DNA from: Takakia lepidozioides
Lineage: Eukaryota; Plantae; Bryophyta
NCBI GenBank assembly: GCA_030704615.1
Contig: CM060732.1
Coordinates: forward strand, 57,288,001-57,352,000
Direction: 5' to 3'
DNA length: 64,000 nucleotides
The translations under genes and the position numbers were made by a program. The notes below the pieces were generated by a model that did not search any database, had not been told where the DNA came from, and saw only the letters and a program-made list of their open reading frames with translations. Positions 12,082-24,028 of this stretch are shown piece after piece; the stretch's first letter is position 1; every line of letters starts with the position of its first letter.

Positions 12082-13330
12082 TTAGCAAAAAATATAAACC
12101 TCAGGTGGTGCCTCCACATAAGCAAGAGGAGCTGCTGCTAGCTGCTCCTTCCCTTTCCGTTTCTCCCTCTTCTGCCTCGTAGAAGTGGTCTGAACTATGG
12201 GCTCTTTTGCAGCAAGGTTTCGGAGATTGCGTTCGTGAATCTCCTTGTCGGTGAGAGGGGCAAGAGATGCCACATTGTCATTCATGTTTTTCAGCACATT
12301 TTCTTGGATAGGGGTATCCCCGGGAGGGCAGTCAAGGTACCAGCCACAATCTGCCATATGGGCTCGACCCCAGTCTTTCAGGATTCCTGCTGTAAACATT
12401 GTGGAAGTGGAGGCAGGGTTTGACCAAAGGTCCATGAAGTCGGGGTACTGGCCGAGAAACTTCCCAGGGATAAGAATGGTCCTGATATACCTCAATGCGA
12501 AGAAAGACATAGTTCTGTAAGTTTACCTCAACGAAAATATCAGAGAACATGCAAGAAGAACACTTGATGACTACAAGAACAAAAAGCAGACATGACCCCA
12601 GGAAATGTGTGCGCCAACGCACCTATTTTCCTAGTGTGTAGAGTGTGTATTGCAGCCCGTTCTGGATGAGACTAGATTCACAGATCAACCCTCATAGTCG
12701 GCCCCCCAGACGCACGCAATTGAAGTGCCTTAAGGGAAGGGAAGAGCATTCTACACAATGCACCCGGTTTGTGGTGACGTGGGATGTTTCGGTTCCCCTA
12801 CAAAAACACAGCAAGAGATGAGGAGAGTATTAAAGGGTACAGAAGGCTGAATTACAAGAAACATTGAATGACATGGAATAGAGCAGAACAATATATCTTA
12901 CTTGTTAATGTCACTAGCTGAGAAATATTTCCACGAGGGTCCAGGACGATGGAGGCCACAAAGTAAAGCCAGTCCCTCTCCAATGAGCGTTGCTTCGAAA
13001 TGCAATTCATCCATGCAAGCAACCGATGGTTGCCATCCTAGACACGGAGCATTTCCCGGAGAAAACCTGAGTTGATTGTCTTTGGAGGTATTGCTCAAAT
13101 TCCTCATTTACCTCATGCCAGATTGGATCCCAATTGGCCATGGCAACCTCATCAACAGGCGACTCTTTTCCATTTGCATCAGCCAATGACACATAGAATA
13201 CCTGTGACCCGTCACGGTATCCATGTACAAAATCACCCTTTAACTTTGTGATGTCATTGTTGAGGGCAGGTCGGACCGCAGGCATTGAAATCATGCGACA
13301 GAGAAGGATCATTAGCCACCAGGTACCCCC
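12082..13330 (-). pseudogene. Decayed multi-exon gene with ParB/Sulfiredoxin-like DGNHR motif
   Basis: LCRMISMPAVRPAL..DITKLKGDFVHGYRDGSQVFYVS...WDPIW...FEQYL, then in the adjacent frame KMLRV*DGNHRLLAWM at ~13010-13055. Further minus-strand coding-like pieces extend to 12082. Confidence 0.5.
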
Positions 13331-13833
13331 ATGGCCTTGATAACCTGTTCACATTTTGGAAGCCCATGACCTCCTGGGCATTGTCTTCGTTAGCAAAATC
13401 ATCCCCATCAGCCTCTTGATTCCCCGACAATACAAGCAGGTGAGTTCGAAACAGCTACTTAATTTGTTCTTTCTTTGTTTTTTTTCCTGCCGTGCAAAAA
13501 ACGAAAAAGATTTCTAGCTCTAAGTAGTGAATGGGTTCATAATCATTAAAGAAGGGAGGGCAGCAGAAATCCGTGCGTTGAAGGAAGCAATTCCCTTGCC
13601 TCATTTTGTTTCCATTTCTGGGCAAGCATGCTGTTTTTTCCAATAGAGTTGGTGTCCAATATGGGCACTCAAAAAGTAAGTGGGTCAGCGCACGCTCTGT
13701 AACCTGCCCTCCAACGGCTTCATCCTCTAATCTATGATTGGAAAAATCTACATCTAAATCATAGATTACATCTAGATCTAGATCGATAGATTAGATCATA
13801 GACTATGGATCATAGATCTAGATCTAATTTTAA

Positions 13834-13949
13834 AGATCTAATTTCAGATCTCATGACCTTATAGATTTTAATTTCAGAATAGATTAGACCTCTTGATCTA
13901 GATTGTTCATACAACCTCTACTGGATGACAGCTCTCCTGCAGTGCATTC
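13834..13949. repeat. Inverted repeat, left copy (pairs with 16895-17015)
   Basis: agatctaatttcagatct...tatagattttaatttc...gatctagattgttcata...ggatgacagctctcctgcagtgcattc aligns with the reverse complement of 16895-17015, roughly 80% by eye. Preceded by a TAGATC-rich tract from ~13745. Confidence 0.85.
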
Positions 13950-15013
13950 GATCACGATCACAGGGGGGTTTTGTCAGATCACCGTATAGTGAAACTGGAC
14001 ATATGCCCTCTTTCTCCAGGTGCTGATTCTCGTCCACTTGGTGAATTAAATTCTCCACTGACAGATTTGCTCATATTTCTCCACTTCGAGAATGTGGCAC
14101 ATCGGCTGGTACGTAGCTCAGGCAGGCGTAGCCCTCAGCGCTAAGTCCCCGTCCGTTGTTGTCCGCTTTCATCCCGTCCGGCTCTTCTCATCTTTCATCT
14201 CTCTCTTTTCCATCATTCCCATGATGGTTTCCCTTCCCTCCCAACTATTTTGAGACAGGGCGGCGTTGACGTGGCGATCTCCCAGTCGTGGCTTATGGTG
14301 TAATGCCGGCGAGTTATTTGGTACAGTCTACCGTCCTGCAAGTGCTGGAAAAGACTCCATTCTTGTGCCGGGCACATGCGCAGTTCGCTGCATCCTAAGC
14401 GGCGGCTGGATGTGGTGGGCCCCTAGGGAATTCCAAAAAGGCCTTGATGTGAAATGCATCGCAATTCATATTGAGTGGAAGGTGTCGTTTTGCTGCGATC
14501 ATAACTGCATGTCATGGCAGTGGAGGACATTGAGTGTGAGTTTTATCTCAGGCTTCAGCCCCCTAAATAGAATCATTCTTTGCTGACCAATTGTTATTGA
14601 CCTGTGAGAGAGAATGATTGTATGAAATCATGATGTCCCACGATTCGCATACAACACAGGTTAGATGCTCCAAAAGCCAAGATGCCTTCGTTGACTGCGA
14701 TCCACCCTCCATGCCGCCAACCCTTCCTTTGATTGTGGGCTTTTGCTGCTCCACAGATCCATAGTGGATAAGATCCAAATTATTCCCTAAAAAGCGGGCG
14801 CAAAAAACCAACCCGTTTTTACGTGTGGGAGTCGACAGTTGCAGCTCCGCAAGTTGTCGTGATGCAGGGCGAGGGCGATGAGAGGATATACCAATAGATA
14901 CAACATCAATATTCCACCTCCACTCTCACCTACTCACAGCTCCACGGATGGTACTCGTGCACTTTCTCCGCCGATGATCGGGTTGTGAGCTGAGATCACG
15001 AGACTGCAGCAGA

Positions 15014-16201
15014 ATGGTTCCCCAGCTCCAGCGCCCGTCTGAACATCTACCCACGAACGATGAGACCCAACCTCCACCTCTCGTCCCTTCCATGGCCATC
15101 AGAGGCCTCCCACCTCTTCGGCAGAGCAAGTTTCACGTTGAAGTCGAGGAACGCCTCTTGAAAATTCCAGAGCACCGCAAGATCAACTCGTATGATCCCT
15201 ATTGTCGTCTTTCCAACTCATGTGCCAGCTTTTTCTACAGCGAAGTCGTCAGTTATGATCATTTGGTAGCCATCTCTACGATATACACCCTCCTGTGGAT
15301 CCTGGATGACCTTTTGTTTGATATTCCAAGCGACTTGCTCCTCCAGGAGTATGGCATCGATCGCAGCAACAGAATCCATGAGAGCCCTCACAAAATCGGA
15401 GAGTTCCTCAACAACTTGAACATCCTCTTCCGGAACCAAGAGCCTCCGCGCGATCCCATCAAGATCGAGGCGATGTGGTGGAAAGCGGGTCAGGAATTGC
15501 GACGCTTGTCCAACCCACAATGGTTCGATACTTTTGCAGACTCTGTCATGATGCACCACAGATGGTGCGTTTCCAGCCAAGCCGACATTGCAAGCGACCG
15601 CTTCGCCAGCTTATATGTGCAAGACTTGGAGTCTTTCACCAAAATGCGCGCCTGGAACGCTGGATCCTTGTTTATGGTGAATCTCGTGGAGTTTGCCAAG
15701 AACGCCTTTCTTCCAGACGAGGTGCGCGAGCAACCCGTCATTCAACAGATGACCAACGCGGCCGGCGTTCATTGCGCTTTCGTTAACGATATTTTCTCCT
15801 ACGACTGTGAAGTGAAGGAAAGGAATCCGCGCAATATAATCATGGTGTTGATGGAACGTGAAGACATACCGCTACCCCAAGCTGTGTGGAGAACCGTGGA
15901 GTTGGTGAACTGTTGGGCTCGCATCTTCCTGGAGCTGGAGACGCAGTTGGGCGTGTGGGATGCGGAACCTTGGGCCGATGCTCTGCGCCGCTATGTGGAA
16001 GGTATGAAGGAGTTTATGGCTGGCAGTCTTTACTGGCACAGCCTGCATAAGCGCTATCGGAATTCTGACTCAGTTTTCCCAGAGCTCAGGGTCATCACCA
16101 ATGTCCATCACGAACTACAAGACATTTACCTGATCAGATGCAGCACCTGCGTCAACTGTACCCAACAATGCGTCACAACACTTCCAACGTTCAATAATTA
16201 G
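15014..16201 (+). CDS. MTPSL: Microbial terpene synthase-like protein (class I, alpha-domain only), 395 aa, intronless
   Basis: Asp-rich WILDDLLFD (DDxxxD), effector Arg in KMRAWNAG, NSE/DTE motif FVNDIFSYDCE, and C-terminal WHSLHKRY (WxxxxxRY). Single uninterrupted ORF with no beta/gamma domains. Confidence 0.93.
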   Translation: MVPQLQRPSEHLPTNDETQPPPLVPSMAIRGLPPLRQSKFHVEVEERLLKIPEHRKINSYDPYCRLSNSCASFFYSEVVSYDHLVAISTIYTLLWILDDLLFDIPSDLLLQEYGIDRSNRIHESPHKIGEFLNNLNILFRNQEPPRDPIKIEAMWWKAGQELRRLSNPQWFDTFADSVMMHHRWCVSSQADIASDRFASLYVQDLESFTKMRAWNAGSLFMVNLVEFAKNAFLPDEVREQPVIQQMTNAAGVHCAFVNDIFSYDCEVKERNPRNIIMVLMEREDIPLPQAVWRTVELVNCWARIFLELETQLGVWDAEPWADALRRYVEGMKEFMAGSLYWHSLHKRYRNSDSVFPELRVITNVHHELQDIYLIRCSTCVNCTQQCVTTLPTFNN

Positions 16202-16576
16202 TACGGTTTCTCATACGTCCGCATGCTTGATCTTCATATAAGGACTTAATGATCTATATTTTCGTATGTAAAGTCTGTTGTAACAGTTGATTATAGCAAA
16301 CTTGTTTAGGATTTGGAACATACTGTTCTGCTGCTTTTGATCTGCCATCTAGCGAAGAAGAAATGGGAGAAAGCGGAGAGGCAAATCGGTGTCCAAAGTT
16401 GAGTAGAAATGATCCAATTGAGCGCACCTATTTTCGGAGCCCATGTAAAACTACTGTCATGGTATCAAACAGGTGTTTTCAAAACTTTATATCTCTAAAC
16501 GTAGGAATCCGAATGGCATACGAAACCTTCCTTCAGTCTCAGTTATCCTAATCCTACATAAATATGTCAGTGCTCA

Positions 16577-16804
16577 TTTTGTATTTTATTTTTTAATAAG
16601 GGAAACACCTGGGAGCGACAGCTCCCGAATCAGGCCCCTTGATAGTGAGATGAGAAAATATCCTCGTCGTAAGGCTTTCTGATGCGACACCGCGCAGAGA
16701 AGGGGGAGAAGAGCGTACCACACCGGTCAAGTAGCAGGATTTGACCCCAGGATCATCCGGATGGCACTCAGTGCACTTTACCAACTGAGCTACTAACTGT
16801 TGGT
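16577..16804 (-). mobile_element. tRNA-derived SINE, family 1 copy 1
   Basis: Minus strand: accaacagttagTAGCTCAGTTGGtaaag (A box), GGGTCAAATCC (B box), body ...aaggggcctgattcgggagctgtcgctcccaggtgtttccc, A-rich tail. Head and tail both match 61511-61890. Confidence 0.8.
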
Positions 16805-16813
16805 GTGTTCGTA

Positions 16814-17479
16814 GGGTATCATTAATGGAAAATAAACGGTAAGCACTTGAAAGTGCTGAAAATGCAGCATCAGTGGTAACCAGCTGTTATGAGGGAATGC
16901 GCTCCAGGAGAGCTGCCATCCATTAGAGGATCTATGAACAATCTAGATCTAGATCTAATCTATAGATTCAGAAATTAAAATCTATACTGTGTACATTAGA
17001 TCTGAAATTAGATCTATAGACCCAAATTGTTAGAATTACATCTAGCCTAGGGTTGTATTGAGATCAGAACTCCCTCTAAAAATAATAATAATAAAAATTC
17101 CCAGTTTGAACATTTTCCTTCTAAGCAGTGTAGGTACTGTTTATCGTATTCACATTGGTGCGAGGAGTGAAACAAACAAATATGGAATAGATATCTACTT
17201 TAGTACAAGGTCTACAGGTGCGGTACCTTTCTGCCCTAAAAGAAGGCATACAAGGAAGAAGGATACACTTTTCATCTGGCCTATCTCTTCCTGCCCTAAA
17301 AGAAAGGCATACAAGGAAGAAGGATACACTTTTCATCTGGCCTATCTCTTCTTGTTACGTGGAATGTGCAAAATACTCACCTAGTTATCCTAAGCCTACA
17401 GCAAGATGTTAGTATTCATGGGGTATCATCAGTGGACAATAAACGGTAAGCACTTGAAAGTACTGAAAATGCATCATCA
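16814..17479 (+). repeat. 59-bp direct repeats (16814-16872, 17421-17479) enclosing a ~61-bp tandem duplication (17229-17351)
   Basis: gggtatcat.a.tgga.aataaacggtaagcacttgaaagt.ctgaaaatgca.catca, 54/59 identical. ctgccctaaaaga(a)aggcatacaaggaagaaggatacacttttcatctggcctatctcttc occurs twice in tandem. Confidence 0.85.
16895..17015. repeat. Inverted repeat, right copy (pairs with 13834-13949)
   Basis: gaatgcgctccaggagagctgccatcc...atgaacaatctagatc...gaaattaaaatctata...agatctgaaattagatct. Confidence 0.85.
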
Positions 17480-17735
17480 AGGAGGTTTGAAGTTTCTCCA
17501 CCGGAGATTTTGAACAGAAATCCACATAAATCTCCAGGAGATTTACACTAAGTGAGAGAATTTGAAATTCTTCCATCTCCAGGTGGAGAATGTGGATTGT
17601 TCTTCAAAATCCCCAGGTGGAGAACAGGTGGAGATATGGGGAGGTTCTCCATCAACGAGTTTGGGGAAGTAGAGAAACTCTCCACCCTGGATTTTGGAGT
17701 AATTCAGAACATCTCCACCTGGAGATTTGAAACTG
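17480..17735. repeat. TCTCCA/TGGAGA-motif foldback, MITE-like
   Basis: About ten tctcca/tggaga motifs in both orientations, with degenerate inverted ends gtttgaa...tctcca and tggagatttgaaac. Confidence 0.4.
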
Positions 17736-18864
17736 GGCGAGAGATTTGCTAGGACATATGCAACTAGACATCCCACAAAAGCATATATGGAGGACAACAG
17801 AGACATTACTATACCATCTCCCCCATATGCAACTGGACATTTCCTACAAACATATTACATCCTCCATGCAATGGAATGAAGTGAAACGAAATTGACTTTT
17901 ATAAGGACATGGAAGGAAGACAAATTTTGTTTTTGATTTACATGTCCACAAGGTGCACAAAGTACAGAGAATCTGCGTTCAATTTACTATGTAGGACTAG
18001 AGAGAGAGGACTGCCAACACAACTCCAGAAAACATGTCAAGTCCATATACCCCAAAATTGCCCAAGGTTCATGCTGCTCGCCCCTAACTCTCTTACTCAG
18101 GGGCACAACAAAAGGCCATTTATTTCTAAATGTTCCACACAGGACTGCTATACTATAAATACTAAATGCAAACTACTACAGCATCCCCCAACTTGCAAAA
18201 AGCTTAACTGCAGGCATGTGTAACTGTGACTGTTAGTGGTGAGCCCTGTAAGGAGTCTAGACTGCTTTGTACAGTCATCAGAAAAGAAGACTGAATCAAA
18301 TTGAACTCCTTACATAAATACACAAGGAGGCAACCGCACAATCTACTCATAAAACACTTCATACCTTATCGTCAATCCCATACTCAGCTTGGGATCAAAA
18401 GAAAAGTGACAAGTAAGCAGAAATAGGATGGAGAGGACCAAAGGCAACAACCAATGACAAAACGAAAAATACAGGTACACATGGATACATGGTATACATG
18501 GATACCGATTGTTACCAAAGCACATATGTGTTTATACTTTATATGAGATATATGCGCGCATATTGCAAGGGAAAGCTGCAAAGGATCCACAACATGCCCT
18601 TCCCATGTTCCCAAACTATGAGTATATCATACGAGAGCAATAGCGAGCGAGCGAACGAGAGAGAGAGAGAGAGAGAGAAGATACTCATGTCATGTCAAGA
18701 CATAGACAAGACCCTACTAGGGTCATTGTCAATTAAAGACATAAACAACCCATAAACAGGGCACCGTCTAACACTTCCAGTCTTGTCATAGCAGACCTAG
18801 TGACAACACCCATTCAATCATGATAAAACATGGTGGGAGGGCGGGGTTTATTCATGTTCAAATT

Positions 18865-19530
18865 CCTGTAAGTAACCCAAGACATGCACCATGCAAAGCT
18901 CCTTGGGTAGGTAAGAACAGCCTGCCCTGCTACAGATTCAGGGTATGTTCATTCAAGCACCTTGAAAGACCAGCCTGCAATTTACCAGATTTCAAACATG
19001 CAACCAAGTAATCTTCTTGGGCATGACAAAACATATTGCAGCTTCACTCTTTGCCATTTGTAAGTACCCCAAGACATGCATCATGCAAGGCTCCTTGGGT
19101 AGGTAAGAACAGCCTGTTCTACTTCAGATTCAGGATATGTTCATACAAGTACCTTGAAGGACCAGCCTGCAATTAATCAGATTTCAAGCATGCAACCAAG
19201 TAAACTTCTTGGGCATGACAAAACATATTGCAGCTTCATTCTTTGCCATTTGTAAGTATCCTAAGACATGCATCATGCAAGGCCTCTTGGGTAGATAAGA
19301 ACAGTCTGCCATACTACAGATTCAAGACATGTATACACAAACATCTTGATTGACCAGCCTGTAGTTTATTAGATTCCAAACATGCAACCAAGTGACCCAC
19401 TTGGGCATGACAAGACAGACTGCAACTTCATTCTACACCATGTATAATTGCCCCAAGACATGCATCATGTAAGGCATTTTGGCATGGAAGAAAGGCTCGC
19501 CATGTTACAGATTCAAGATATGGACACACA
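18865..19530. repeat. Tandem array, ~192-bp unit, ~3.5 copies
   Basis: gtaagta.cc.aagacatgca.catgcaa recurs at ~18868, 19059, 19252 and 19442. Confidence 0.9.
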
Positions 19531-22329
19531 AACACTTTGAGTGCCCGAGACCAAGCCCTACTTGGCCAAAAAATAAATCATACATTGCAGGTGCCTGGTC
19601 TGATGGCAAAATAAGGCAAATAATCTCTGGCAACGGTCCAGTAGAGCTTACCAACACTGTTTTCCAGGAGGCTTATGCCAGGTTTTGCAAATAAAACCTC
19701 ACTATGCTCCATTCCACACCAAATACAGGCCTGAAAGAGGCATGTCATTGCCTTATCAGGCTGCCATCTTTAAAAACAGGGCCTGCTCTTCCTTAGAACC
19801 TAACAGCCATTGATGCCTTACCCATAAACCATAACTCATCTTTTAAGGCCAAAACAGTACCTAGCTTAAAATCCACAAGCAATGCTGTCAAAGATTCAAG
19901 ACAAAGGTAAGGTCCAGATGCTGGGCTTCAAGAGACAAGTCTGCCAGGCCGAAGTGCTCCATCAAAGGCAGCAGAACATAAGTCAAAAGTAAGCATCAGC
20001 ATGCCAAACCAAGAGCAAGCGGGCCGAAATCGGGGCTGCAGGCAACAACCAAGTCAAGACGCCATACACAATAGGTTCCATTTGCCCACATCCTTATCTG
20101 CCAGCTCAAGAGAATTCAAAGCAAGTAGGGATCTTCCCATCACAAGCCCCCACAAAAACCAACAGGTTAGTGAGGATTGTGGAACCCCAGGTGAATCACA
20201 GACCCCTACACTTGTCATCGATGTCAACTAAGAACCTCAAAAGCAAGAGAGAAAGACATAAAGCAAAATGAACCCTAATCACCAAAAGCACCTTGAGCGA
20301 TTAGGGAAACAACAGGTCTAGCGGATACAAAAAAGTCTGATGATTTTTTCCCTGATTTTGCTTACTTGATATTGAGTCTAGTGCACCAGCAAATCATAGT
20401 CAGAGAGAACTCCAACATGTACCAAAGAGGAGACCCAACACACAGATCACCCCCATGCCAAACACTCGATGAGATACTGCTAGGCACTGGTGGAGTATAA
20501 TTACAACCATTGACACAAGCCAGCTACCACCGCATTGAAAGGAGAAACATGTAGCAACTTCCATGTCCTCTGATAGTTCCAGCATCACCTTTACACTCCT
20601 TTCAAACTCCCTACGGTGAACTTGGTATTCCAATACTTTAAAGACTATAGTCCAGGTAAGTGTCAATAAGGATGCACCAATTACCATAAGAATGCTAAAG
20701 GTCACCCTTCACTTTTCCCAAAAAAGAATGAGCAAGTTTCATGGTTCAAACTACAGTCATTTCTTCCTACACACAATGGGAGACTCATTGAATGCCTGAT
20801 TCCATTCCTCTAGCTTCATCTAAGATCAACATCACACAATTTCCTATTTTACAAGCATTGCCACAGTCATTGTGACAACCAGCTAGACTACAATTGCCTT
20901 GATAACTTGAAAAACGAGGCACAAGACTGCAAAGGGCCTGTGTGAGTACCCCCAGTGAAGCTCAAAGATTCTATGCCATAATCAAGCCAGATAAACCCTA
21001 AACTCTAGAGAGGCCTGCTTCAACCAGACATCAAGGAAATATTGCTTGAGGAATAAGAAATAGACAACATACCAGCACGGCCTAACACTATTAGCAGAGT
21101 GATAAAGTATCATCACCCCCTGCATGCTTCTATCTTTGTAGATCGTTTCAAAATAATTTCACTAAGCATGTCGGATTGGTAGAATTGACTTATGTTTGGC
21201 CTTCAGCACTTCTCCACGTCACTTTGACGTGATGAACGACCAGCTCACTCTGTTCTGGGCACGAACTGAAGAACTCTAAACCTAGACAAGGTAAATGCTT
21301 GGCAACACTGTCAAGAATCTAATCCTATTAGAACAAGGGAATGGATCTTTGCCCATGATTTCAGACCTGCTATTGATGTGATGACTGCTTCTTCCACCCG
21401 ATTCCCGGGTCTTGAGCATCTGGACTTCGGAGGGGGCCCGCTTTTGCCAACAATCAGATATTTACACCGCTTCCTGATCCATTTTACACCGCTTCACAAA
21501 GATGGCACCGTAAAGATAATCTTCAAATTGCCCCACGATGTTGCCAAGAGACTGCAGCAAGACGCAGACTTCACGTCTTGTGTATTGACTGTCACCACGT
21601 TACATTCACATAGTGCTACCACACTTCCATCTTTGACGATCACAGAAACAAAAGAGTTATCTAACATCGGCAGCTCTAAAGCCAGCACAGCGATCCCAGA
21701 ACACAGAAAGCCAAGAGACAGGGGGTGAAGAAGAGGGAAGCCGTGAAGGAAGATAAGGAACATAAGGAAGATAATGAGGGGAGAGAGAGCGCGGAAGGAT
21801 CCTTTCAGCAGACCCGAGGAGCAGGGGTGTCGCTTGACAGCGCCGAAATGGGGAAGACAGAGAAGCACTTGCAGAAGTGCCGGGCACATGAGCCAAATTA
21901 GGCCCCAAAAGAGCCGCCCAGGTTGCGCGCGGCCGCCTAGGGGGCAGAAACAGGGGCAGCCAAGGACGTGGGGCCTCGTGGGGGCAGGCGAGCCGCTTGG
22001 GAAGGATGCGCCCCCACGGAAGCACCTGCGGTAACTAATAGCCCTGTTTTCATCTAAAACCCTAGTAAAATAAATAATTATTACTGCGCCACCGACTTTT
22101 TACTGTGGTTGCAGTTTAGGGTCATATGGCTAGAAAGGGTTTTCACTATACTAAAAAAGAGGAGAAGCTTGGATCAATTTTTGGAGGTGCTTGTTACATA
22201 CAAGTGTGAGGTTGCAATTAAGAGGAAGTGCTCAAGATGGGTGATGAGAGTTTGCCAAGCTCATTTTTGCAAATGCTCGATGAAGATTCTCATTCTCCCT
22301 ATGCTCTTGTCATTGCTATTGCCATTTTT

Positions 22330-23030
22330 CCTCATGATGTCGGAATCCAATGAAACAAATTGATATGAGTAGGTAGCTTGATAATGAATACTCTCTGATT
22401 GAAAGAAGTACAAAAAAAATTTGTGTGCCAAAATGGGAGCATCTGGTATGGGGCTGTGCATTTTGTTAAAGCACTATGTTGGCCACTTCCATGTTCATTG
22501 CAAGGGTGACCGCCATTTTCCCTCAGGATGTCGGAATCCAATGAGACAAGTTGGTATGGGTAGCCACCTTGATAATGAACATTCTCTAATTGAAATAAGT
22601 AAAAAAAACATTTTGTGTGCTAAAATGGGAGCACCTGGTATGGGCCTATGTATTTTGTTAAAGCACTATGTTGGCAACTTTCATGTTAATTGCAAGGGTG
22701 GGCGCAATTTCCGCTCACGATGTCGGAATTGAATGAGGGTAGTTGGTATGGGTAGCTAGCTAGATAATAAACACTTTCTGCTTGAAAGAATTGAAAAATA
22801 ATGTTTTGTGGTGAAATGGGGCACCTGGTATAGGGCTGGCCTTAACAACCTCTATGCTAACCACTTGTGTGCTCATTGGAAAATATGTGCCAATCTTTGT
22901 CACAAAGTCGGAATTGAATGAGGGAAGTTGGTATGGGTAGCTAGCTTGATCATAAACACTCTCTACTTAAAAGAATTATAAAATATTTATGTGGTGAAAT
23001 GGGAGCACCTGGTATGGAGTTGGCCATTTT
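22330..23030. repeat. Tandem array, ~185-192-bp unit, ~3.7 copies (unrelated to the 18.9-kb array)
   Basis: gtcggaat..aatga...ttggtatgggtag...gataat recurs at ~22339, 22530, 22723 and 22907. aaatgggagca.ctggtat is present in each unit. Confidence 0.9.
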
Positions 23031-23455
23031 GACCAACCTCGGAAGTATAAGAGTTGTTTTCCTTTTTTTGGAATGATGGAAACGATGTGGGAGACCCTCG
23101 TGGAACAAAAAGAGAACACAAAGTACAACAACAAGTTCAACATCCTCCATGTTCACCTATAAATCTTTCTCAAATTAACTTAGCCTCCAATGTAAACCAC
23201 CATCCAACCAAAACCCCATACCCTAATCCTCAAACCCTAGCTTGAGGTAATTCTCAAGCTCTCAATCTTTGGTTGGCTAGTGAAAATAATTGGGCCTTTA
23301 TTTCTTAGAGGCACTATGGTGGCCACTTCTTAAGCCCAGGCTAGCTTGCTTGGAGTAATTCTCAAGCTCACCATATTTTATTGACTAAATGGGCCTTTAT
23401 TCATTAGTAACTCTTATCCCTCCACAACTGCCCCGGGGTAGAATTCCGTGCACAT

Positions 23456-23638
23456 GTGTCCACCCGCGGGGGCTGCCCCTTGGAAGCAGGGACCGCCCAG
23501 GCTGCAGCCGCTGGCGGGGCCCACCACATCCAGCCGCCGCTTAGGATGCCCGCTCTGTATCATACGGATTCAAGCATTGACAGGGCCGTTATGGAAGTGC
23601 TGCCCTTGTTCACATATGAATCATTGCAGGGTATGAAG
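23456..23638 (+). pseudogene. ATL-family RING-H2 E3 ligase fragment (GLD motif only)
   Basis: HTDSSIDRAVMEVLPLFTYESLQGMK matches the ATL DSG(L/I)D..V...LP.F.Y motif. No RING-H2 cysteines follow. Confidence 0.65.
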
Positions 23639-24028
23639 GTACGTTTTCTTGCCAAATTTTGATGTAGCATGTGTAATTGATGGGGTGCAAGGTCCCGTTG
23701 GTTAGGTGATGGAAATAAACTTCTCACTTCTTTCACTGTCCTTTCTACTGAGATCCGTGGGAGATAATATTGTCTATACTGAAATAGCCAATCATGCGCT
23801 TCAAGGATGCCGGGACATCATCCCTTCTCTGCGCTGCAAGACACCTTTCACGGTTGTCTTGGGGGCATTTCGGGCATTATCCAAAGAATTTGACGACGAT
23901 GACGTGGTTACGAAACGTGGCAACGATGACGTGGCACTATGGCACCCTATACCTGCTCTACGCTAAACTAACTTCGACCTTCGGTCATCGCTAGAATTAT
24001 TATTTAAGCCAAATGAACCCTCTAATTA

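Noticed and set aside
15014-16201. Bacterial or fungal contamination explaining the microbial-type terpene synthase
   Set aside because: It is embedded among plant repeats, one of which (the SINE) recurs elsewhere in the window, and is contiguous with intron-containing plant genes.
16720-16804. Functional tRNA gene (also 33300-33372 and 61511-61590)
   Set aside because: A and B boxes are present but there is no proper acceptor or anticodon stem. Shared downstream body or simple-repeat tails indicate SINEs.
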